Shown here in pieces: positions 53,201-64,000 of a stretch of DNA of 64,000 nt (positions are counted from its first letter, which is position 1; every line of letters starts with the position of its first letter). The notes under the pieces are model-generated. The model was given only the letters and a program-made list of their open reading frames with translations, was not told the DNA's origin and made no database searches. A program made the position numbers and the translations under genes. Origin of the DNA: Adineta vaga (Eukaryota > Animalia > Rotifera); contig CP075495.1 in the NCBI GenBank assembly GCA_021613535.1, positions 7,936,001 through 8,000,000 on the forward strand. Direction: 5' to 3'.

Positions 53201-56200
53201 GATATTGTATTGAAATTCTCAAATCACGAGAGAAAGCTTTAGTTATATATTAATAATAAATCTATTACCTTCTAACGTCATAACGATTTGACGAGTCATA
53301 AAAAAAAAGAGAGAAAACATAACATTCAATTCCCTTCTCTACTACTACTACTAACATTCTTTTCTCAAGTAATACTCGAAATGTGTGTAAAAGCATGCTG
53401 AGCCTCCAGTCAATGTTCACATACCATTTCCTTCATTGAACAACCATCTTACTAGAATGATGTAAACAAGCTGAAAAGAGAAGGAATTATGTGCATTTTA
53501 TTACTACTGACAGTTTACTGATGGTAATAATACTTGATATACACATGTCAACAAGACCTACTGGACATTGAAAGATATACGTCAATAATCACCATTCACT
53601 TATCAAATTTTTTATATGTCATTTTCTTTCGTTCGTTCTCTCTTTTTCTTTTCCTATTATGAAACATCAATCTATCTCACAACGTAATCTTCTTAATTGA
53701 CTTTTTTTTTGTTTTATACTCTTGTGTATACGATTATAAGTCTTAACTAGTAAGAATGAGTGAAGAGAGTAGATAATACTCGTTGATAGATAGTCAACGA
53801 TGAACATGTCTTTAAGATTAAACTATGAAAGAATAGTTTGTTCTCTGACTAACGATGGAAAGATGTTGACTACTATCATCAAAATATAATTAGAGTAATC
53901 TTTCGATTTATCTACTGAATATCAAGATAGTTATTATAAGATATTCAACATCAAATGATGCCCGAACGACGGAAAGAAGACGAGAAAAAAACGAACTAAT
54001 TATTAATAATCTTACATAATTTGTCCATTTTCATAACGAGATATCTAAACATATAAATATAATGTTGAACGTCAAATAAATCGTTGACATTGACACACAT
54101 TTAAGAATGAGAAGATTGACATCAGTCAAAGAATTGATATAAACAAATGTTTATGCCGTTCTGTATTTCCTACTGAACATTTTGACCTTCTTATCTTGTT
54201 GGATGATTGCATGATAAACAAAACATACCGTTCATTCGTCTATTTATCTAACAAAAAGAATTTTTCTTAACATTCATGCATCATTTAATCAGTCAGATAG
54301 ATAGTTCGCTCTGCCAAATCTTCTTACGATGATATTGTCAGGAACTAACCCATTCTCTTCTTTCTTCCACGATTTTCTTCAAGTATGATGAACACATCAT
54401 GCGAGATATATACTTATCAGATCATGCATATATACATATGTTAGATCATCCATCTTAAGATATAGTGAGAATTGATGACAGCACTGTTTGCATCATAAAT
54501 TTGTTTTTGTTTCATAAAATGATTCTTTTATTTTGATATTACTTTCTCTTCTTCTTCTTTGTTCATATTGTTGATATGATACGCTAAAATAAAAAGTCAA
54601 ATAGAATGATATAGTAGACTCGTTTTGATTCAGTCGATCTATATTTAGTTTATGATATATGATGAGAACGAATAAGGTAGCAATTATTTTCGATGAATAT
54701 AGACAGTATATGATCGAGGATATTTGATATGATTAAAAGGATTGATAAATTACTTCATGAAGTGATAAAGAACAAAAAAAAAATTTGAATACAAAAATTA
54801 TACTTATATATATAAAAGAAGAGAACATTGGATCTATTTTACCGTTGTCTGATTTGATAAAAAAGCAATATTTCAACGAAGAAAGTCTATGCGAAGGAAA
54901 CAGAAGTATTTATTTGACTTGTCATATTATCAGAGACTTTGGAGGACATGAAGAAATGGATGTTCTTTTCTTTTGTCTCAGAAATATATTATTCAGAAAT
55001 ATATCTTATTATTACTTCATTGAATAATTATTATACATCTATCATATTATTTAACAAAAACAACTTGTCATTTAACGGAGTTATTCGTTTCATTAGTATG
55101 GAATAACAAACGATGACAGGAAAAAGTCTCGGAAGAATGCTTTCGGTTTTCAACTGTAGTTTGAAAATAGAATATACTCACTGATAAAATGTTTGCTATT
55201 TTAAAGAGTAATGTATTTCTATTTAATAGAGCATTGAATAATCTCAAATGTTTCAATATGCACGGTTTATCGATGATTTCATATGAATATTTATAATTCG
55301 ATTATGAAATTTTGTTATTTTGTAACCTTCATCTATAAATACACAGAGAATGTCTTAATAATTATGAAGATATAGTAATAGATATCATTAACTCTTCGAT
55401 ATAAATATTTGTTTTAATAAAATTGAATATATACATACATATGTATCTGTACTCCGCATGAAGGTTTTCTTAAATCAACACTTTTCTACTACGATTCTCA
55501 ATACAATATGCTGTCATTGAAAGATTGTTTTCTATCTATAATCTTTGATAATATCACTGGATTATAGAACTTGTTCTCATTAATAAATAGATATCGATGC
55601 CCTCTCGAAACAAGATGGACCTATAAGGCAAATAAACAAATTATCTTAAAGTCAATAATAATTCGATATTTATATTTGTAAGAGGAAATCAGATATAATG
55701 AACTCTTTTTAATAACAAAAATAAAATGATGACAGAAAAGTTCAAACAAATGTGAAGATGCCAAATTGTCACTGACGAGACAGACGGAAAAAGAAGAACG
55801 AGATTTGTCTGTCTATTGGTTTGTTATCGTCAATATGAGATTTGTACGTTCTATGAATATCATAGCGTTGATTACTACAATTTATGAAGCTTCTCCACAC
55901 GGTAATCATCAACAAAATATGACATTGGATTTCTTTCCTATCGATGATGCGAGTACGAGATCGACAAACGTATTTGTACTTTTTCTATGTGATTTCTTAC
56001 ATCTGCATAAACAACTACGACGAGTTTTATAGTTAAGCATTCAACCGAAATTTGATCTGTTCTATATTGCGTTTGATAATCATTCTTGTTAGATAGAATA
56101 ATCTAAGTCAAGATATTCTAAAGTTCTTGAAATAAGATCAGATTACGCAAAAGAAAAAAACACTTGTTTTATATTTTATACTATCTATCTTTTCTTTTCT

Positions 56201-56642
56201 TTCGACTTTTTTTCTCATCCGTTGTACTATAACGTTTTATATACAGAGACAATATTGTCTGGTTTATCAGTTTACTACTGTCGCCGTTCTGTCACTCTGT
56301 TATCAACATCATACGTAGATACAAATATATAATACAGGTAAATAAAGCTAACGTTAACTTTTTTTACTTAAATAATAACAAAGACAATTACTTTTTGATG
56401 ACGTGTCTTAGAAAAACGAAGGACAGAACCTTGTTACAATCCTATAAACTTTTCATAATGTAATAATCATTTACTCTTCAAGATCATTGAATACACCATG
56501 TACGATCATTATCATTCCAGAATCAGATCGAAGTAACATGATTAAGTAAAAGGATGGTACTATGATGGATATGCATGTACATTTTAGAAGTAATTTATAT
56601 AGACTAGGTTCTCTCTTTTTCTTTTCAATATTTTGCATAGAT

Positions 56643-57440
56643 ATGATTACAAAAGAACACCAATATCATTTGAATTGGTCTATTGAGTTAACTGATTCAC
56701 TTTGGTTTCACATTGCTACCTATTTAACTATTAATGATATTCATCGTTTAACGCGTACATGTTCTCGTCTACATACACTTTTAACTAATAATGATTTTTG
56801 GTCTTATCTCATTCGTAAACAATTTGGTCATGCAATATGGTATCGTTTGATAAAAAATTCATCTATATTTACTGATAAAAATCAAATATCTGATTCCGTT
56901 AATAAAGTATGTCGTTCGAAATTAATCTATTTAGATTTAATTAAACGTAAACGGATCGCATTCTCCGAATTTAATCGATTTACATTGGATACAAATCGAA
57001 ATTATACAACAATCATTGATCCATCTAGTTTAAACGGTTCCGTACTTCATATTAAAGATTCACTGGAGCTTTGTTATACATTACATATTGAAACACTTTT
57101 CAAAGATATTTTACCAGGCAAATACGATGTCATATGGCGTATGAAATTGGATTTACCCTATATGTTAGGAGAAACGGAATTTTTCGCTGTTGCTGAGCAA
57201 ATTAATCCCGGTCATATAGCATATATGCGATGGACACAGGACGATTTTTCATCAATGTATAGATGCTTTTATTGTGATTTAACTAAAACAAATCTATGGT
57301 TTTATCAAAGTATAGGTTATATCGAAATTCATGGAGATAAACCATCTAATGTTTATATATCAATGACAAATTATGATTCAATTCATGCTAAATATGGAGT
57401 ATATTTAGATTATGTAGAATTAAAGCATTATTTAGAATAG
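56643..57440 (+). CDS. F-box protein with a phloem protein 2 (PP2)-like lectin C-terminal domain
   Basis: F-box ELTDSLWFHIATYLTINDIHRLTRTCSRLHTLL..FW. C-terminal ILPGKYDVIWRMKL...WFYQSIGYIEI...VYISMTN...KYGVYLDYVELK follows the PP2 pattern. Start uncertain (acceptor at 56640). Confidence 0.7.
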   Translation: MITKEHQYHLNWSIELTDSLWFHIATYLTINDIHRLTRTCSRLHTLLTNNDFWSYLIRKQFGHAIWYRLIKNSSIFTDKNQISDSVNKVCRSKLIYLDLIKRKRIAFSEFNRFTLDTNRNYTTIIDPSSLNGSVLHIKDSLELCYTLHIETLFKDILPGKYDVIWRMKLDLPYMLGETEFFAVAEQINPGHIAYMRWTQDDFSSMYRCFYCDLTKTNLWFYQSIGYIEIHGDKPSNVYISMTNYDSIHAKYGVYLDYVELKHYLE

Positions 57441-58735
57441 AATGAAAATCTTTTTTTTTCTTCTCGCTTTGTTTTATATATGCTTCTGTTGCTTCTATGA
57501 TGAAGAGCAATTTTATTTGTTGTATGTTTAACAAAACACGTTTGTTTTTCTGTCTTCTATGACCTTGTTGCTTTTCTACTTGTTGTCATTGGCAGTAAGA
57601 AGAGAAACAAGACGCTAATTTTTGTTACAACCAATGAATTATTAAAAGTGGTAACTTATACGCGTGGAAAAAATTTAAATTATTCGGATTTATTTAATGT
57701 ATTTTCCACAAGTAAAACACTACTGGTATTAATTTATATTATAGTGATCATAATTATTGTGAGGTATAACACAAGCTGGATTATTTCCTTAAAGAATCGA
57801 CCAGAAGTTCTCGATTTTCAGAACGTATATCGAATATTTTTCTTTACATATTCCACTAAATGAATAATCTACTATGGAATATTATTCTCACTTTTATTAT
57901 TATTGTCATAGCTTATATTCTATGTTTATGGACGATATTGCTAAATATATCGCGAAATCATAACGAAACATATCACAGACGATTATCAATCATACATCGA
58001 TTGACAATGTTGATTATTACGATTGTGACTTTTATTCTACTGTATAAAATATGGAATTCGTTTGTTTCATGAACTGAACTAATAAAATAAATCTGCATAT
58101 ATACGTTGAAAAGTTAAAACAGTATCAGATATCTTTTGTCAGGTAATTAATAAGAAACTTTAACTCATTTACACATCACCTATTAAAACGACTTCACTAT
58201 TGATTCTATCTCTATTAATATTTTCTTTTAAATTTAGATATATTTTTGCATTTAGACGAGCGTATGGGTAAGAACACGAGAAGGATAAATGATTAACTGC
58301 GAGAGATGCATGAGGTTAGATGAGAATAATCAAATGAAATACGTATGACCGAAGATTGGTTATAGGAGAAAGAAACAAATTAAGATAAAATTAATTAAAA
58401 GCAAGAAGCTAAAACTCATAATTCATCGTTCATCTTAGGAATGAAGGTGTAAGAATGATTAGATGTTGGTTTGAATAACGAAAGAATCAATTCATCTTAA
58501 AATAGTTTCATGTGATCAAGCTTTTCAAATGATCGATTTTAAGAATCAGATTAAATAAGTGTTGATTGTTGTAGTTAGAAAGAACAACATTTTTCTTTGA
58601 AATCCTGTTTTACAACATGTTAAATAATAATAATAATAATAAAGAAAGCAATATAGAACATCGATGTATCCACTTATTATTTGTATGTACAATACAAAGA
58701 TGAGAAGAGAGAAAAAACAAAAATAATCAGTTCAA

Positions 58736-61700
58736 TCAAAACATTTGCTGTTGTTGTTGTTGATATTGTTGTAGATAAGCAAAGAAATTAGCTGGTGCCA
58801 TCATCATTTGAGGTGGCGGTGGTAAAACTGGTGGCATAGTACCTAAGGCTGGTGGTGGTTGACTAAAACCACTTGTGACCATACCAGGAGGTGGTGCTGT
58901 TGGTAGAACGCCAGCAGCAGCGGCGGCAGCAGCGGCCGCAGCTGCAGCTGCAGCTGCTGGTGGTGGAATACTGAAACCTGATGTTGGCATAGGTGGTGGT
59001 GGTTGACTGAAACCAGATGAAACCATTGATGCACCAGATTGTATTGGTGTAGAACTTATTGACATTGAATGAGTTGACGGTGGTGGTGGTAATGATGATG
59101 AAGTACGAATATTTGTTGATGACGTACGCATTGGTGATGGTGTAATTGCGTTATCATTATAATGTATTTTAAACCAATTTAATGTTTCTGTTAATGTTGA
59201 AAACATTTTTGAACGAAATCGAACACCATTAGGTGTAACAGTAAAATATTCATGTACGGGACGACGTACAGGCATGTATGATAACAGAAATTTTGTTGGA
59301 TATTCACGTGATATTGTTATATAGTAACGTATGCGTGTTGGATTACGTCGTTTATCATCAGTTAGAAGATTATTAAGAATTCTTTGTGCATCATTTGACA
59401 ATGGGGGCAAACCAGATGTTGATGAAGGTATAGTTGTTGCCGTCGTTGTTGTGTTTGTGCTGGTGTGGCTGAACCAGATGGCGTGGCTGATGGTAATGGT
59501 TGAGCTAAATTACGATAATATTTATGTGAAGTTATATCTGCAACTGTATTTGCCATTGGTTTAATATAACGTGCAAGAATTTCATCAAGATCTTCAAATT
59601 CTTCAGTATCTTGTGTACGTGGATCAATAATCAATAACCGTTTACCAAGTGAAAATTGATTTGTTTTCGATTTTTCAATAACATCAATATTATGTAAAAC
59701 TCCATCAACTAATTTCCATGTGATTGTTAAATGATCCGCTGCTTTTGAGCTTGGTCGTACGATAGCATCACCAAGATCTTTAGTTGCAAGAATTCGTTCA
59801 CATTCATTATAGTTTATATTCATAAATGATGGATGAGCAATGACACGTTTAACAAAACTACGTTCTTTTGCTGCTTGTTGTGATTGTTTTTCTTTCTCAG
59901 CTTCAGCTAAATCATCTGTTTCACGTGTATGATCATAGAAAGCATCTTTTTGTGGTCGTCGTCGTTCTTTATCATCACGTAAATCGCTAGATTTCGATGT
60001 TAAGTCAACACTAAATTGTTTAATATTAATATTTATAATACGTGCATAGATAATTTGATTTAATTTAACTCGATCTAGAGGATTTGTTACTTGAGAATCC
60101 GATAAATCACGAAGTTTTATAAAACCTGTACAACCATTATCCAAACGAACACGTACACCGACTGAAACACAGGAAAAAAGGATCGTTTTTCATTGTACGA
60201 ATATGTTCTAGCCTTATTTGATTTCACTTACCTGGTATTCCTTTGCATTTGTTAGTTGAATCAAAATGATTCCAAGCCTAGTAGGAAGAAAAAAAATGAA
60301 ATCAGCTCAATCAAGATTGGTATGTTGAATTTTATAATTTCATACTTCTTTGACATTATGAAATCGTTCTGTATGACATAATGGACATTTTAATAGTCCA
60401 GTTGCTTCGTCTTTTTCTGGTTGTGCACCTTCACGTTGTTCTAATGTCGGTGGTCTTCTTGCAAAATCAAATACTTGACATTGAATTAATTTACCCAAAT
60501 GAAATGTTTCTGGTGTTTCTTTTGTAATAAAATGAAATAGATCTTCTGGACTTGGTTGTTCATAACGAACACGTACATCGCGATATCGATGTGTCAATTC
60601 TGCACGTATATCATAAAGAGTAATTGATTGATCTCCATACATTGTATTTTTCAATTCTACTGCAAATGCATCCAAATCGAGATCTTTTAAACGTTCAGAA
60701 TTTTGAAAGATCTCTTCTAATGCAGCACTTGGCTCCATTTCAGATGATTCTTCAATATCTAATGCATCAACTGCCATTTTTCGTGCCCAATCATATGCTT
60801 CAGGATGTATACGTGTACTGTCCAAAATTTCAATATATGAATTACTTTCTTTCATTGCATCAGTATTAATCTTAATAAATCCTGCACAATTGGAAAAAAC
60901 ACATTTACCCATTGGATAATTAACAACAAGAAATGTACGATTTTCTAATTGAGCATTATTTTGTTTGAAATGTTTGACTAAATGTGTCGCTTTACGTGGA
61001 CCAAGACCACAAACAAATTGTAAAACATTTGCTGTATGAGCGAATGCAATACAACGATTTAAATCGACACCAACTTCATTCGTTCGTGCAATGAAACATT
61101 GTTCAAGACTAACTAATAATTGTTCACGATCAATTAAATCTTGTAATGGATGAAATTTAATCAAAAGAATTTCTTTATCATAATTAAATAATTGTGAAAA
61201 TTCTAGTAATGGATCTTGTAAACGGCGACCTTGAGATATAGCTTGACGTAACTTAGCAGGATAATCACGAAAATCGGATTCACCCTTACGAGATTGAGCA
61301 TAGGTCTTGGCTAATTCAGTATCACATAAAAGAACTTTAATTGGTTCAGGTAAATTTTGAAATTGTTCTTCGTCATGTTGTAATTGACTAACCATCTCTT
61401 CTAAACGTTTACATAAATATAATGCATCACGACTTTCCACTCCTAAAAAAAGAATAATAAAATTACAAGTTGAACAAACAAACATTATCTAACCTATGCA
61501 AATGACATCTGGAACACGTTGTTTAATAAATGTTTGAATTGCTTCAAAATCTTTATCCTTTTTCATTCTATTATCTGGTGAATAATGATCTCTTAACATT
61601 AAATTTGGTAAACGAATAAAATCCATCACCTGTCCTTCGGAACTTAATATAACAGCGTATGAAACATCATCGAGATCAGTTGAATAAGCAATTGATAAAA

Positions 61701-64000
61701 CTCGTACACCAGCATCAGATATACTTGTTATATTTTCATCATTGGATAAACGAAAAGGTGCTACTTTAATTAAATCATTTAAAGATTTTGAACATTGTTT
61801 AATAACATATTGTTTTGCTTCATCAAGTAGAATTTCTTCGATTTCACGTTGAAATTTTGGATAAAGAAATTTCGTAAGCATTAAATCAATACACATTGCA
61901 CGAATTTTATTCCATTCAAGAACATTATCGGAATATTCATCACGTGTATATGAACGTTTAATATCATCAGCATACGTATGTTGACTATTTTTACTATCAA
62001 TAACATATTCAATTGTCATTAAACCATCTTTAACAGCTTGATGTAAATTAAGAAATTGATCTTTTGCAAATGTATTAATCGGTTTTCCCAAAATATATTT
62101 CATTGTATAACAGGGATATCCTCGGAGATCGATTGCATACCAAGACGTGTTGGTTGAGCATTAATCATACAACGTGAAGTATATTCACGACGAATAACAT
62201 AACGTACTAATGGATCAAGAGATAATTGACGAGCATGCATAAAGATTGCAGCCTAGAATATATCAAAATTCCAATAGTATTCGAATATGATAGGATGAAC
62301 TCATGATTCAATTAATTACCTGTAAAACAGCTTGTGTATTTGGAAATTGTTTACAAATAAATTCTTCACATGTAGCCAATGGTCCAATAGGATATTGATC
62401 AATTTCATTTTTTTGATAATTTTCATACAGATTTTCACCTAATTTATCTGATTTCAATCCAAATTTTTTCACTAAACCTTCTAAATGTGCTTGTTTACAA
62501 ACACTATAATAATCCGTTTTTTGTAAAGGTTGTGCTTTAATATTTAATTGTACACGTAATTGTTCAATTAAAGTTTCTTCATCTAATTCTTCTTCATCAT
62601 CGATTGTTGGCAATGGTTGATCATCATTGTCATTCTGTTCCATATTTGCTATTAATTTCTTTCGTTTATCACGTTCTTCATGATATTCAAGTACTTTTTC
62701 ACGTAAACGCATATTTGGTAGATCTGCATTATAATAAACGTGAAATTGTTCGCGTAAATCTGCTATTTCTTCGAGTGTTTGTGCACGCATCAAACGATCT
62801 TTGTCAATATCACAATCAGTTAATAATTTTGTTGTTAATGCTTCTTCATTGGTATCACCTAATTGTTCATATTGATAATTACGATATTTATCCATACGTT
62901 CAAACATTAACATCAATTTATCTTTTTGAGATTTGAATATCATCCACTACGGAAAAGAAAAAAAATGTTAACATTTTTTGTTTGGAAATAGATCGATTAT
63001 CTCGCATATAAAATAAAAACAGAGTACATGAAGATCATCGTTATTCATATTGTTACATATCATTGAGATTAAATACCTTTTCATCCCATTGCCAAATTTT
63101 CCAAAGATCTTGTATTTTAAGATCGGGTTCAATATGTTCTTTACGATAAAATGCAATAAATGGTACCTAAAACAAATGCCATTATTTCATAGATCTGAAA
63201 TTTCAAACTTCAAATATCCTTACTTCAAATGAATCATTTCTTATATAATTCAAAGCGTTTTTGATTTTCTTTTTTACTTGAAGATTTTTAGTTGTATCTT
63301 CATCAACCGGCTAGAAGTAAACTTAAGTTAATATCAATTATTCACAGAATCTTCCGTTATTACTTGAGAGGAAATTGTCGATTTAAGAAATGCTCCATTA
63401 TAAATCCATTCAGCTTCTTCTTCAAGTTCGTCTTCTTTTGCTTCTACTACTGGAGTGTGTCTTAACTAAAAAGTGTTCAAAAATCATTTGTAATTAAAAC
63501 ATTATTTATTATTCAATGAATTATAATCTAACTTGAAATCGTTCTGGTTTATCAATTTGCCGAATATTTATATCAGCTTCTGTTAAATAACCACGTTGTA
63601 ATTCTTCAGGCTCAAATAATTCTTCTGCTTTTTGTTTTCGCCGTTGAGTTTTACGTTTTACTTGTCTCTTCACCACTGTTGATTCCTAAAGAAATTTAAA
63701 TAATAAAACGTTTTTTTTCTCGCTTTATTCTTATTTACACTTTCAATGATATTCCCGTCGTCATCATATTCTGGTTCTTCTTGTTCTTCGTCCTCTTCAT
63801 CTTCTTCTTCTTCTTCATCCTCTTCGCCATCATTTAACTCGTCAAAATCAATATTAAACGAAAAATCATCACCAAATATTGCTTGTGCTTCAGCTATATT
63901 TCTATTGAAAAACAAATACAATCTCACATTTGATTTTGCCAGAAAAGAAAAGCATATTCTTACGGTGCATTTTGACTTCTTCGATGCGATGATTTTGGCA
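58736..64000 (-). CDS. SUPT6H: Transcription elongation factor SPT6 (5' end outside the window); two apparent 1-nt frameshifts (~62117, ~59451)
   Basis: [84 protein letters not shown]1 and tandem SH2 ([27 protein letters not shown]). Confidence 0.95.

Noticed and set aside
57860-58072. 70-aa ORF with two hydrophobic segments
   Set aside because: Ile/Leu-rich ORFs arise readily in AT-rich DNA; no motif or splice support. It cannot be excluded but is not supportable.
62121-62140. 20-nt GT-AG mini-intron that would restore the SPT6 frame
   Set aside because: Far below the ~45-70 nt intron size seen throughout the window, and it would delete residues expected in SPT6; an indel is simpler.

Overview
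AT-rich, gene-dense eukaryotic (animal) genomic DNA with many ~50-70 nt GT-AG introns. Composition, intron size and the mix of conserved metazoan genes with intronless genes of non-metazoan appearance are most consistent with a bdelloid rotifer (inference, not proven). About 25 protein-coding loci can be reconstructed by hand: SCAI (partial), RP2, SSNA1, a GPI-type lipocalin, a CDR2/BICD-like dynein adaptor, an annexin A7/A11-type gene, a novel secreted His-Gly-rich protein, CFAP53, PIFO/CIMAP3, CCDC169, HSBP1, a tandem 2H-phosphoesterase, a USP31/43-type deubiquitinase, a PAN/apple mini-protein, a frameshifted beta-glucuronidase, JMJD8, MITF/TFEB, an RIIa-domain mini-protein, a C2-PDZ protein, HSP110/HSPA4 with a clear heat-shock element, a decayed gene remnant, an intronless SelO-like pseudokinase, an LRR membrane protein, an F-box/PP2-like protein and SPT6 (partial, two apparent 1-nt frameshifts). 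No rRNA, tRNA, CRISPR array or intact transposon was recognised. The strongest novelty candidates are (1) the 518-aa SelO-fold pseudokinase with an altered catalytic loop, (2) a three-exon secreted (GH)n protein with a peptidoglycan-binding-domain-like motif that the ORF track splits up, and (3) the tandem active/dead 2H phosphoesterase and the F-box-PP2 gene as horizontal-transfer candidates. All gene models and homologies are from manual reading and recalled family motifs; no searches were run.
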